A stretch of 64,000 nucleotides of DNA from an uncultured Synergistales bacterium. Its GTDB lineage: Bacteria; Synergistota; Synergistia; Synergistales; Aminobacteriaceae. The DNA lies in NCBI GenBank assembly GCA_905235735.1, contig CAJOMU010000002.1, forward strand, positions 12,482 to 76,481. Direction: 5' to 3'. Below are positions 18,028-27,720 of the stretch, in pieces. Each line of letters opens with the position of its first letter. Positions within the stretch are counted from its first letter, which is position 1. Both the position numbers and the translations under genes were made by a program. The notes under the pieces were generated by a model. That model ran no database searches, was not told where the DNA came from, and was given only the letters and a program-made list of their open reading frames with translations.

Positions 18028-20253
18028 ATGCAAACTCTTTCTGTCGATTTAACTCAATGGGAAATGAACAATTTCAACTCGTCTTCGTCATATCTTCCCG
18101 ACGTAAATATTATCTTTCCTTCAAGAGAGATATATTTTTCGCCGTCTCTGCTTCACGCAATGCATCTTAACGAGAATAACTGCCCTAAAACTTTAGACCA
18201 ATGGTTCGAACTCTGCCACCCTGAGAATCATATTCAGATCGCAAAGATTGAACGTGCTTTAAATGGGCACGAAAATTTTCTGTCCGTTATACGAAAACTA
18301 TATTGCGGTGATGGCGTTTACCGTTCATTCAGACTTGATGCGTTCATTCAGAGAAGCAATGACGGAAGACCCGTAAAGATGATTGGAATAGAAACAACAG
18401 CATTAGGTGCATGGCTTTCACTCGCTGAAGACGGAGACAGAATTCAATGTGAAGACAGAGTGCTTGAGGCAGTGAATATTCAGGGAGTGATGACACTTCG
18501 GGACATAAGCGCACTTGAAGACATGCAGAGAGAGAATGAGATTCTTAGAAGGGAAATTCAGAGACGTATCTTCATGGGAACTCGTACAGACATAAAGTTT
18601 CCTGATGAGACTGGCAGAGAAGGAATTCTCAGAGGAGACATTGAAGAGATAATCAACATGGCCTTGAATGTCCTTCCGGGAAATAATCAGCTCAAGGCAT
18701 TACGGCGTTCACTGAATGAATCATGTTTCACGGTAGGAATTGCAGGACTGACAAGCAGCGGAAAATCTACTCTCTTGAATGCGCTGATAGGCGAGAAGTT
18801 GATTCCAGATCAAACCAGAGCAACAACTAATATCCCAGTGATATGCAGAGAAGGTGAGAGGAGATCCGCAAAAGTATTCTATCAGGACGGAAGGCATGAA
18901 GAAGTTGACGGTCAAAAGCTCAATGCCGGATACATGAAGAATATTGCATCTGAGAATTACAACTCAGGTAACAGGTTCGGTATATCACGAATCGAAATCA
19001 CAATACCAGGTGCAATGATTCCTGAAGGTTTCTGTTTCGCTGACACTCCAGGAGCTGATGCACTTGCAGGTTCAGGAGGTTCTGCACTTCGTAATATACT
19101 TCCTGAATTCGACATGATATTTTACGTTACACCTTTACGTTCGCGTCTGAAGGGTTCAGATTATGAGTTCCTGAATAGTATTCTCACACTGAATAAGCGT
19201 ATAGTGTTCGTGTTATCGCAGATTGACCTTGAACGTGATGATACAGAAGCAGGAAAGGTGATACGTTCATCGAATGAGAAGATAATCGCGGATATTGAAG
19301 CATTAAGACATGATATGAAGAAATTCTCAGGGCTTGATGTTGATGTTATTCCGTTATCAGCAAAGAATGCACTCGAAAATTTCTACAGCAGGAATGCTTC
19401 AGAATGGCAGAACTCGAATATTGAAGGCATAGTGAATTATCTTGCTCCTCTGACACAGACATTCTCACATGCTTTAACTCTCAGGGCTGAACGTACACTG
19501 AAGATTATTGAGGCTGCACTCTCAAAGGGAGATGTAACCGGTTCATCACGGTGGAGACTAGGAGACATTGCAGAGAAGTTACGAGTCATGATTCGGGAAT
19601 GTGATGTTATGCCTGACTTATCACATGCATATTCATTCAGGGATAACGCGAGTGTAAGTTCAGAATCGAAATACAATCTTCTAGGTTCATTAATGGCATC
19701 AATGAGAGAACGTGAATTCCGAATGAAATTCTATTCGATGAAGACATTAAGTAGTAAGAGAAAGATAATTCTTCTGAGTGCTGACAGAAATCAAAGCATG
19801 AAACTATTTGCTCGTCTTTCACATAATCTCATGCTTGAACGTCTTCCTGATAACGGAGCATCTTATGATGAATGGCTGTATTCGGGACATATGATGCCGT
19901 TCGGGTGTATACGTCTGCCTGTCATGAACACTGGAGATGATATACTGATTGCACCATCAGATTCGCACTTGCGGAATAATATTGACTGGCATAAGCTATT
20001 TCGCGAATATGTGCCTGTCGTTAGTGTGGATTTGGCGAGAGTTGATTCAGGGCTTTCTGACTTGTCGCATTCACCATACATTACTGGACTTGCATTGTAT
20101 GACTGGGTACTTGCGTTCGGGAATGCAGGAATGTTCGACACGAGGCATACGGATTTAATCTCGCAGGTTCCCGGAAGAGTGAAGGAGTTCATAGAGATTA
20201 ACGGATTGAAATCGCCTGAATGGTTCATATTCGAGAACTACAAGATATATTAG
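18028..20253 (+). CDS. PAS-domain / dynamin-like large GTPase fusion protein
   Basis: Residues ~50-125 look PAS-like (WFELCHPENH...YRSFRLDAFIQRSNDGRPVKMIGIE). The GTPase motifs are G1 GLTSSGKSTLLNALIGEKL, G3 DTPG and G4-like SQID. A further ~300 aa at the C-terminus is unassigned. Confidence 0.65.
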   Translation: MQTLSVDLTQWEMNNFNSSSSYLPDVNIIFPSREIYFSPSLLHAMHLNENNCPKTLDQWFELCHPENHIQIAKIERALNGHENFLSVIRKLYCGDGVYRSFRLDAFIQRSNDGRPVKMIGIETTALGAWLSLAEDGDRIQCEDRVLEAVNIQGVMTLRDISALEDMQRENEILRREIQRRIFMGTRTDIKFPDETGREGILRGDIEEIINMALNVLPGNNQLKALRRSLNESCFTVGIAGLTSSGKSTLLNALIGEKLIPDQTRATTNIPVICREGERRSAKVFYQDGRHEEVDGQKLNAGYMKNIASENYNSGNRFGISRIEITIPGAMIPEGFCFADTPGADALAGSGGSALRNILPEFDMIFYVTPLRSRLKGSDYEFLNSILTLNKRIVFVLSQIDLERDDTEAGKVIRSSNEKIIADIEALRHDMKKFSGLDVDVIPLSAKNALENFYSRNASEWQNSNIEGIVNYLAPLTQTFSHALTLRAERTLKIIEAALSKGDVTGSSRWRLGDIAEKLRVMIRECDVMPDLSHAYSFRDNASVSSESKYNLLGSLMASMREREFRMKFYSMKTLSSKRKIILLSADRNQSMKLFARLSHNLMLERLPDNGASYDEWLYSGHMMPFGCIRLPVMNTGDDILIAPSDSHLRNNIDWHKLFREYVPVVSVDLARVDSGLSDLSHSPYITGLALYDWVLAFGNAGMFDTRHTDLISQVPGRVKEFIEINGLKSPEWFIFENYKIY

Positions 20254-21011
20254 TGATTGCTGAGAAAATTATCGATTAACTTTCTTGCTATACTTGCCTT
20301 ATCCGGAATGTTCATCTTCCGAATCTCGTCTGGCGAATAGAATCCTGCACTCCCTATCTCTACTCCGTCAGGCGCAACTTCTCCAGATGAATATCTCGCT
20401 GTAAACCCAAGCATCAATGAATGGGGGAATGGCCATGATTGTGAAGCAAAGTATCTTATCTCATCAACGCGAACCGATACCTCCTCATATATCTCACGTC
20501 TCACTGTATCTTCAAGTGTCTCTCCAGGTTCAACAAATCCAGCTATCACACTGTAACGTTCTTCAGGCCATGCTGTATTATGTGCAAGAAGCAATTTGCC
20601 ATCACGTTCAACAGCTACGATTATTGCCGGTGAAATCGGAACATAAAATACACTTCCGCATTCAGAACATACTCGTCCGAAATCATGTTCACTGGGATTA
20701 ATCTTTCCTCCGCATTTAGAACATAGCTTCACGTTCCTGAACCATTCAGAGAATTGCAGTGCACTCCCTGCTGATGCAAACACTTCATCGCCGTGAATGT
20801 GCCATAATTCACGAAGCCCAAGAAGCTCCTCATCCTGATGAAGCTCAAATGAATCACTAACATCAATCCATGAGGGTAAAGTCTTCCAGTTCGATGGCAA
20901 ATCATCACTGCAATTTATGACCTCAAGACCTAAATGCGAATTTATGTACTCAGAATCAAAATCATATACGCCTTTCTTAACGAGTATCTTATTCTTCACA
21001 AATACTTTCAT
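20250..21011 (-). CDS. nudC: NAD+ diphosphatase (NADH pyrophosphatase), Nudix family
   Basis: Zn ribbon CSKCGG...CSECG, Nudix box GFVEPGETLEDTVRREIYEEVSV, NudC signature SQSWPFPHSLMLGF. Confidence 0.85.
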   Translation of the reverse strand: MKVFVKNKILVKKGVYDFDSEYINSHLGLEVINCSDDLPSNWKTLPSWIDVSDSFELHQDEELLGLRELWHIHGDEVFASAGSALQFSEWFRNVKLCSKCGGKINPSEHDFGRVCSECGSVFYVPISPAIIVAVERDGKLLLAHNTAWPEERYSVIAGFVEPGETLEDTVRREIYEEVSVRVDEIRYFASQSWPFPHSLMLGFTARYSSGEVAPDGVEIGSAGFYSPDEIRKMNIPDKASIARKLIDNFLSNH

Positions 21012-21075
21012 GTTATGCGCTCTCCTTTTGCTTTATAATATACATCAAAAATTTCTCAGGTGATGATAATACGAT

Positions 21076-21687
21076 ATGCTGACGTTAAACGCTGCTGGCA
21101 AATCTGCAATTGAATCAGTTAAAATGCTTCGTGATGCCTTAAACGGAAATGAAGACGAGATTAAAATTCTCATTGACAGTCCTTCAGTGTGGCCGGAAAT
21201 CAATAAATTCTTGAACTCTCAAGGCTTCAATGATATTCTTCCAGAAGATGATGACGGAGCTTTATATATTATGGTCTCAAAAAAAACAAAGAAAGAAGCA
21301 GATGAACCCGCAGAATTAAAACGCGAAATCAAACCAACAGTTACATCTGACATTCCAAATCTCAAGAATACATCAGCAATATTAATCTCAGGCGAAAACA
21401 AAAAATACCGTTATAATTTCCTCAGAAAATTTCTTCTGTCTCTCATGAACTCACGCATTAAACCTAACATCATTGCTCTCATGAATGACTCAGTGAAATT
21501 AGCCGCATATAACTCTGAAACTTGCGACTATCTGAAGAGACTTAAAGCTGACGGCGTGAACATACTCGTATCTGAATCATGCACTGACAGACTGAATCTC
21601 ACGGAGGCAATCGGAACAGGAGAACTTGAAGATATGAGCGAGATTATCGAAAGAGTATTAGAATGTGAAAAGGTCATAAGCATATGA
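21076..21687 (+). CDS. yedF: YedF-like protein (TusA/SirA-like N-domain plus DsrE-like C-domain), but without the usual N-terminal CPxP cysteine
   Basis: 203 aa with a two-domain layout. The C-terminal half (IISGENKKY...FLLSLMNS..KPNIIALMNDSVKLA...YLKRLKADGVNILVSESC) resembles the YedF C-domain. In the N-domain the position of the reactive CP reads GKSAIES. Confidence 0.5.
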   Translation: MLTLNAAGKSAIESVKMLRDALNGNEDEIKILIDSPSVWPEINKFLNSQGFNDILPEDDDGALYIMVSKKTKKEADEPAELKREIKPTVTSDIPNLKNTSAILISGENKKYRYNFLRKFLLSLMNSRIKPNIIALMNDSVKLAAYNSETCDYLKRLKADGVNILVSESCTDRLNLTEAIGTGELEDMSEIIERVLECEKVISI

Positions 21688-21707
21688 CGAAGGGAGAATG
21701 AAAATCA

Positions 21708-22244
21708 ATGAGCTACAAACTGGGAGAAGTAATATTATCACGCGATACGATTGCGAGACGTGTGAAGGAAATTGCATCTGAGATTACGAACGATTACAGC
21801 AAGAATGACAGCGTTTTATTTGTAGGAATTCTTACGGGTGCGGCATTCTTTCTGACGGATTTAGTTCGTGAACTTCCTGAAGATTTAGATATTAAGGTTG
21901 ATTTCATGAGCGTAGCGTCATACGGCAGTGGAACGAAGAGCAGTGGTGTAGTCAGAATCTTCCATGACCTGAAGGGAAGCATCGAGGGGAAACATGTTAT
22001 TGTTGTTGAGGACATTGTTGATTCGGGATTAACATTGTCGCATTTACTTGGCATTCTTCAGCAGAGAAATCCTGCAAGCCTGAAAGTTTGCGTTCTTCTG
22101 GACAAATACGAGAGACGCAAGACGGAAGTGAAAGTTGATTACTGCGGCTTCAGAATCCCTGATAAATTTGTTGTGGGATATGGTCTTGACTGTGCAAACC
22201 AGTGGAGACATCTTAAAGATATAAAGTATGTGATTGAAGAATAG
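21708..22244 (+). CDS. hpt: Hypoxanthine phosphoribosyltransferase
   Basis: PRPP-binding motif VIVVEDIVDSGLT, 178 aa. Confidence 0.9.
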   Translation: MSYKLGEVILSRDTIARRVKEIASEITNDYSKNDSVLFVGILTGAAFFLTDLVRELPEDLDIKVDFMSVASYGSGTKSSGVVRIFHDLKGSIEGKHVIVVEDIVDSGLTLSHLLGILQQRNPASLKVCVLLDKYERRKTEVKVDYCGFRIPDKFVVGYGLDCANQWRHLKDIKYVIEE

Positions 22245-22258
22245 AGCAAAAAAAAATT

Positions 22259-22298
22259 TCCCCCTCGTGATTTGATTCATAAGGGGGATTTTATTTTA
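22259..22298. terminator. Bidirectional intrinsic terminator between hpt and hydA
   Basis: The TCCCCCT / AGGGGGA stem is flanked by an A9 run upstream and TTTTATTTT downstream. Confidence 0.7.
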
Positions 22299-23972
22299 TC
22301 TGTGGCTGTGAAGTAATTCGTGTTCTCTTCCCTTTATCAGCGTATCATATATCGATAACGCTAACGGGTTTTCATCTGAACGTCTTATCTGCGTGTTCAC
22401 ATCTGATTCATATAGTCCGTGCTTTCGTGCTTCTTTCGTTCTGTAGCCAGCGTGAACAGGCTGACCTCCTCCCATAATGCAGCCTCTCCTACAGGCCATG
22501 ACCTCGACGAAATGATAGAAACTCTCTCCTGATTTGATTCGTCTCAGCAATGCATCTGCCTCAGCAAGTCCGCTCACTACTGCCGCTTTAATCTCTTTGC
22601 CCTTGTAGTTGAACGTGAATTCCCTCAATGAGCCTGGCCCTCGAACTCCTCCTGTACTCAGTTCCTCCAAAGCTGAACGTTCCGAACCTTTGCATAGTGT
22701 GCGCAATGCTGCCTCCATTACTCCGCCTGAATTCCCGAAGATTACCGCTCCTCCTGATCCAATTCCGAAGGGCATATCAGCAGCTTCACCTTCAAGCATA
22801 TCGAATTGAATTCCCGCACGCTTAATCATCGTGATTAACTCTTCGGTCGTCAGAATGTAATCTATGTTCTGTTTTCCGTCCCTCTTCAAGTCATCACGAA
22901 GTATCTCGTACTTCTTTGCTGTGCAAGGCATTATTCCGATTGACATTATATTTTGACCCTTGAAGTATTCGCGGACAATTGAGCCTAACATCTGAAGAGG
23001 TGAGTAGCTTGTTGAAATGTGTGAAACGAATTCAGGCCAACGTTTTTCACAGAAACTCACCCATGCAGGACAGCATGACGTAAATAACGGGAATGGGCCG
23101 CCCTTCTCGAAAATTTCAAGGAACTCTTTGCTCTCTTCAAGAATTGTCATGTCAGCTCCGAATGTCGTATCATAAACCTCATCGAAACCTAATCTGTGAA
23201 GTGCAGTTACGATTTTCCCCATTACATTTTCGCCCTTTGCTCCTCCGAATGCCTGACCTAATGCTACTCTCACTGCTGGTGCAACTTGTGCAATAACTTT
23301 CACGTCAGGATTCGATAATGCTTCCCACACAGGACGTATATTTGTGTTGATGCTTATTGCTCCCGTCGGACAAACTACACGGCACTGACCGCAGTTTACG
23401 CAGTCAGTCTTCGCAATCTCCTTGTTGAATGCAGGAATGACCATAGCATCAGTGCCGCGATTCGCAAAGTCTATAGCGTTAATGCCCTGAATACCCTCGC
23501 ATACTCGAACACAATCACCGCATAATATGCACTTGTCAGAGTCTCGCACTATCGATGGTGAACTGAAATCTTTTTCGTGAGCACGTTCCTTGTAACCCCA
23601 TCGGACTGTACTTACTCCTAAACGATGTGCAAGTTTCTGAAGATCACAATCTCCACTTTTAACGCATGTCGTGCAATCCCTGTGATGTGATGCAAGAAGA
23701 AGTTCAATCAACATTCTGCGATAACGCACAAGTCTGGGCGTACTCGTCTTTATGCTCATTCCGTCTCTTGGTCTCTCTGAACATGACGCGAACATTCGGC
23801 CTTTCTCATCTTCAACGTTGCACAGTCTGCATGCTCCGTAAACTGAAAGCTCAGAGTGATAGCATAACGTTGGGAGATCTATTCCTGCTTTTCGTATCAC
23901 TGACAGTACATTTTTCTCATCACTGAATTCTACATTTCTTCCGTCTATTTTCATCGTTCCCATGCTTAACAC
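22296..23972 (-). CDS. hydA: [FeFe]-hydrogenase catalytic subunit (HydA of an NuoE/NuoF-associated, probably electron-bifurcating HydABC enzyme)
   Basis: N-terminal 2Fe-2S and 4Fe-4S Cys clusters. H-cluster motifs TSCCPAW, MPCTAKK and VMACRRGCIMGGGQP. Confidence 0.9.
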   Translation of the reverse strand: MLSMGTMKIDGRNVEFSDEKNVLSVIRKAGIDLPTLCYHSELSVYGACRLCNVEDEKGRMFASCSERPRDGMSIKTSTPRLVRYRRMLIELLLASHHRDCTTCVKSGDCDLQKLAHRLGVSTVRWGYKERAHEKDFSSPSIVRDSDKCILCGDCVRVCEGIQGINAIDFANRGTDAMVIPAFNKEIAKTDCVNCGQCRVVCPTGAISINTNIRPVWEALSNPDVKVIAQVAPAVRVALGQAFGGAKGENVMGKIVTALHRLGFDEVYDTTFGADMTILEESKEFLEIFEKGGPFPLFTSCCPAWVSFCEKRWPEFVSHISTSYSPLQMLGSIVREYFKGQNIMSIGIMPCTAKKYEILRDDLKRDGKQNIDYILTTEELITMIKRAGIQFDMLEGEAADMPFGIGSGGAVIFGNSGGVMEAALRTLCKGSERSALEELSTGGVRGPGSLREFTFNYKGKEIKAAVVSGLAEADALLRRIKSGESFYHFVEVMACRRGCIMGGGQPVHAGYRTKEARKHGLYESDVNTQIRRSDENPLALSIYDTLIKGREHELLHSHR

Positions 23973-23975
23973 CCC

Positions 23976-25850
23976 CTATGCAACATAAATCGCTTTGAAT
24001 GGGCACGTCTCAATACATGCTCCGCACTTTATGCACTTGTCCTGATTGATTACATACGGAACTTTTGGTTTGCCGTCTATTGCCTGAACAGGACAGCCTC
24101 TCGCACACTTTGAACATGATTTGCATTTTGTCGGCTCAATCACATATTGCTTCAACTTCTGGCATACGTGAGCCGGGCACTTCTTATCCTGAATGTGAGC
24201 GATATATTCGTCCATAAATGAATTCAACGTACTCACTACAGGCAGAGGTGCACTCTTTCCAAGTCCGCATAAGGCTGTATGTATGATTAAGTCTGAAAGT
24301 GTACGAAGTTCTTCGATGTCTTCCATTCTGCCATTGCCCGCTACGATTCGTTCAAGTATTTCAAGCATTCGTAACGTACCTTCACGGCATGGAACACATT
24401 TACCGCATGATTCTCTGTGAGTGAATTCCATGAAGAAACGTGCAACTTCAACCATGCATGTATTTTCGTCCATGACAACGAGACCACCTGAACCTACAAT
24501 TACTCCGAGTTTCTTCACGCTGTCGAAGTCCAAAGGTTCATCAAGCTGTTTCTCCGTTAAACATCCTCCTGAAGGCCCGCCGATTTGAACTGCCTTAAAT
24601 TTTTTGTCGTCCCGAATTCCTCCGCCTATATTGAAAATTATCTCTCTGGGAGTTATTCCGAATGGAACTTCAACAAGTCCTGTATTGCGTACTGCACCTG
24701 TGAGCGCGAATGTCTTTGTGCCCGGACTGTTCTCTGTTCCTATACTGCGATACCATTCTGCACCTGCAAGAATTATCTGCGGAACGTTCGCATATGTCTC
24801 AACGTTATTCAGGACTGTAGGCTTTCCGAATAAACCTTCTTCAACTGTTCGAGGCGGTTTCACTCTCGGCATTCCGCGTTTACCTTCAATCGAGGCTGTA
24901 AGTGCACTTCCTTCTCCGCAGACGAATGCACCTGCTCCCCTGTTGATGTGAAGGTTGAAACTGAATCCCGAACCTAAAATGTTATCGCCTAACAGACCGT
25001 ATTCTGTTGCCTGTTTTATTGCGAGAGTTAATCTCTTAACTGCAAGAGGATATTCAGCACGAACGTAAATATAACCTTCATGTGCTCCTGTTGCATATGC
25101 CGCGATTATCATTCCCTCAATCATTCTGTGAGGATCGCCTTCCATGATTGAGCAGTCCATGAATGCGCCGGGATCTCCTTCATCACCGTTGCATACTACG
25201 TAGCGTTCCGTTACTGGCTGTGATGCAACTTGCTGCCACTTCTTGCCCGCAACGAATCCTCCGCCTCCACGACCCCGCAGTTTTGAATCAAGTACTGTCT
25301 GAATCACTTCGTCAGGTGTCATTTTGAAGAGTGTCTTTGAGAGTGCCTGATATTCTCCTGCTGATATTGCTTCTTCGATTGATTCAGGGTCTATTGTTCC
25401 GCATGTTCTCAACACAACTCTGGTCTGTCCATTGTAGAACGGTATGCTGTCCTGATTGAAGCATTCTTCACCTGTAATCTTATTCTTGTAGAGCAGACGA
25501 TGAATTATCTCGCCCTTTTTCACTGTCTCATTGAAAATTTCTTCGCAGTCTTCAGGTTTCACTTTCGTGTACAGAACTCCGAATGGTTCAATGCGTACTA
25601 ACGGCCCCTGTTCACAGAATCCAAGACAGCCGGATTTATGTACATGAGGATGTTGAACGTGCAATGCAAATTCGACTTTTATTTCTGTGTTCTCTGCAAG
25701 CTCCTTCATCTTTTCGTAAACGTTCAAAGACCCTGAAGCCTGACAGCCTGTACCTGCACACACAAGTATTCTTATCGGTTCAGCTTTGATTTCAGACATG
25801 AATTTTCCCTGCAATGCATTCAATTCTTCCTGCGTCGTTATTCTACTCAT
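23976..25850 (-). CDS. hydB: NuoF-like flavoprotein subunit of the hydrogenase (FMN/NADH-binding, Fe-S)
   Basis: RGRGGGGF FMN motif, NuoF-type 4Fe-4S motif ESCGKCVPCREG, and a C-terminal 2x[4Fe-4S] ferredoxin domain (CxxCxxCxxCP twice). Confidence 0.9.
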   Translation of the reverse strand: MSRITTQEELNALQGKFMSEIKAEPIRILVCAGTGCQASGSLNVYEKMKELAENTEIKVEFALHVQHPHVHKSGCLGFCEQGPLVRIEPFGVLYTKVKPEDCEEIFNETVKKGEIIHRLLYKNKITGEECFNQDSIPFYNGQTRVVLRTCGTIDPESIEEAISAGEYQALSKTLFKMTPDEVIQTVLDSKLRGRGGGGFVAGKKWQQVASQPVTERYVVCNGDEGDPGAFMDCSIMEGDPHRMIEGMIIAAYATGAHEGYIYVRAEYPLAVKRLTLAIKQATEYGLLGDNILGSGFSFNLHINRGAGAFVCGEGSALTASIEGKRGMPRVKPPRTVEEGLFGKPTVLNNVETYANVPQIILAGAEWYRSIGTENSPGTKTFALTGAVRNTGLVEVPFGITPREIIFNIGGGIRDDKKFKAVQIGGPSGGCLTEKQLDEPLDFDSVKKLGVIVGSGGLVVMDENTCMVEVARFFMEFTHRESCGKCVPCREGTLRMLEILERIVAGNGRMEDIEELRTLSDLIIHTALCGLGKSAPLPVVSTLNSFMDEYIAHIQDKKCPAHVCQKLKQYVIEPTKCKSCSKCARGCPVQAIDGKPKVPYVINQDKCIKCGACIETCPFKAIYVA

Positions 25851-26337
25851 GAACTGATGCCTCCTCTCTTAATGCCTTTAACATTTCCGTTGCCTTTTCG
25901 GGAGTCATTGCAGGATGAACATGATCGTTGACCATAAGAGCCGGAGCTAAACTGCATGCACCCAGACATGAAACAGTTTCAACGGTGAAAAGCATATCAT
26001 CGGTCGTATGCTTCTTTTCGGACAGGCCAAGTTCAGAACGCAAACGTTCAAGTACAGGAAGTGAATTACGAACATGACATGCAGTGCCGTCGCATACACG
26101 TATGATGTATTTCCCTTTAGGCTCAAATGAAAACCTCTCATAGAAACTCGCTACACTGAATGCCTTTGTCTCTGTTATTCCGATATGCTTGGCCACATAC
26201 GGCAGCAGTTCAACAGGAACATAATTGAAGGCTTCCTGAATCTCATGTATGATTGGTATCAATGAACGTTCCTGAGCCGGATACCTGCTTAATATCTCGT
26301 CAGTCTTATCATAAAAAGATTGTTCAAGCATTATCAT
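25843..26337 (-). CDS. hydC: NuoE-like [2Fe-2S] subunit of the hydrogenase
   Basis: Cys pattern CDGTACHV...SCLGACSLAP, 164 aa. It overlaps hydB by 8 nt. Confidence 0.85.
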   Translation of the reverse strand: MIMLEQSFYDKTDEILSRYPAQERSLIPIIHEIQEAFNYVPVELLPYVAKHIGITETKAFSVASFYERFSFEPKGKYIIRVCDGTACHVRNSLPVLERLRSELGLSEKKHTTDDMLFTVETVSCLGACSLAPALMVNDHVHPAMTPEKATEMLKALREEASVHE

Positions 26338-26450
26338 ATCCCCCTCGCCAGATATTTTTTGTGAATAGGGAAAATGATATTTGATTCATCTTTTACACGG
26401 AATTATTAAAAAGTTTATGGCCAGTTATTGATATTGATAATGAAGAGAAA

Positions 26451-26481
26451 ACAAAAAAGCCTCCCCATTAATTGAGAAGGC
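26451..26481 (-). terminator. Intrinsic terminator downstream of the LysR gene
   Basis: On the minus strand, a GCCTTCTC / GGGGAGGC stem is followed by TTTTTTGT. Confidence 0.6.
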
Positions 26482-26493
26482 AAATTTTTTTCT

Positions 26494-27417
26494 TTAACAG
26501 AAGTTATGACGAATCGATTTGTGAACCTCCGAGATGAATTTTTTATCTAAATCTGAAAGCGCATAATTCTTTCTGTAAATCAAAACGTCCTTATATATCT
26601 TCGTGTTGTCAGGGCATTCCTTCTGAACCAGATTATGACGCGCTAATATCTTTTCCGGCACTGGCGATACCCACATGAACGTCTCAGGATTCTCACTGAG
26701 CAGGTAAAACTGACTCCCCCGTTCAAACACAAAGATTCGTCTCTCAATGTTATCGGGAAGTTCTTCCTTGCGGACTATTGCCGACGGTAAGCCGGGCACA
26801 AACGGATCTGCATGTGCAATCTCAATCATAGTACGAAGGTCATCAAAGTGAATCGCATCTTTCTTTGCCGCTGGATTATCTTTGCTCATGATTAGTACAT
26901 AATGAAACTTCGCTACGAGTTCATGTGCAAGTCCCTTCTCGCTGAGTGTGTTCATGAAGTACTTATCGTAACATTCGGAATATCGTATTATGCCGAGACG
27001 ATAATTTACTTCCATGATATTTTTGATGGCTCTATATGGATTCGTTTCCTTGTAGTATATTTCTGCCGGTTCATTGCCTATTGACTTCGAGAATCTCACA
27101 AATGCATCTGCTATATAACTCGCTCTTGGAACTGAAATCGAAAACTGTTTCTTCTCAGGAGGTGTTTCTTTGAATTCGCGTTCTACATCGTCTATCTGTT
27201 CGAGTATCTTCCTTGCGTAATGCACAAATTCTTCGCCTCTCCTGGTCAGCATCATTCCCTTTGATGAACGGTCGAATATCATTATTCCTAAATCTGCTTC
27301 CAGTTCCTTGATTGATCTGCTTAAATTCGGTGGTGCTATTAATAATTCTTCTGATGCTCTGTTCAATGATCCTGCGTTTGCAACTTCTACGGCATACTTC
27401 ATATGTAGTATATTCAA
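26494..27417 (-). CDS. LysR-family transcriptional regulator
   Basis: N-terminal wHTH (MKYAVEVANAGSLNRASEELLIAPPNLSRSIKELEADLGIMIFDR), 307 aa. Confidence 0.85.
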   Translation of the reverse strand: MNILHMKYAVEVANAGSLNRASEELLIAPPNLSRSIKELEADLGIMIFDRSSKGMMLTRRGEEFVHYARKILEQIDDVEREFKETPPEKKQFSISVPRASYIADAFVRFSKSIGNEPAEIYYKETNPYRAIKNIMEVNYRLGIIRYSECYDKYFMNTLSEKGLAHELVAKFHYVLIMSKDNPAAKKDAIHFDDLRTMIEIAHADPFVPGLPSAIVRKEELPDNIERRIFVFERGSQFYLLSENPETFMWVSPVPEKILARHNLVQKECPDNTKIYKDVLIYRKNYALSDLDKKFISEVHKSIRHNFC

Positions 27418-27547
27418 TTCATATTAAGCTCCCTCTTCTGCTCTTTAAACGGCAAAATCTTAGTCAAAAAATTTTCTTTACGGAATAATCAAAACCGGCA
27501 AGCAGGTATTATCAATCAAAATAACACGCTCTTATCTGAGTTAATTA

Positions 27548-27712
27548 TTCCAGACATGCATGTGAATTCCTATAATAACGTTTATGCTAAGGCGGACAGA
27601 TTCAGGGAATGCACGAAAGCAGTCCCCTCGTTTGAAGAAAATCATTGTCCGCGAAAAATTTTTAACCTTGAATATTGGAGGCAGTTGAACGAATCAATTG
27701 CTTCCTTTTTTG
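27548..27712 (+). ncRNA. Candidate orphan small RNA (promoter to terminator, ~130 nt transcript)
   Basis: TTCCAG (27548-27553) -17 nt- TATAAT (27571-27576). A long hairpin closes with GCGGACA (27592-27598) / TGTCCGC (27646-27652). The intrinsic terminator is GGAGGCA (27677-27683) / TGCTTCC (27699-27705) followed by T6 (27706-27711). No plus-strand gene follows. Confidence 0.4.
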
Positions 27713-27720
27713 ATGTAAGA

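Noticed and set aside
27592-27652. The minus strand contains CTTCAAA (a UCA anticodon-loop-like heptamer) inside a GCGGACA...TGTCCGC closed structure, considered as selC.
   Set aside because: It is only ~61 nt long, has no D-arm or T-arm (no GTTCnAnTC-like loop), and has no long variable arm. The geometry fits a simple long hairpin of the candidate plus-strand sRNA.
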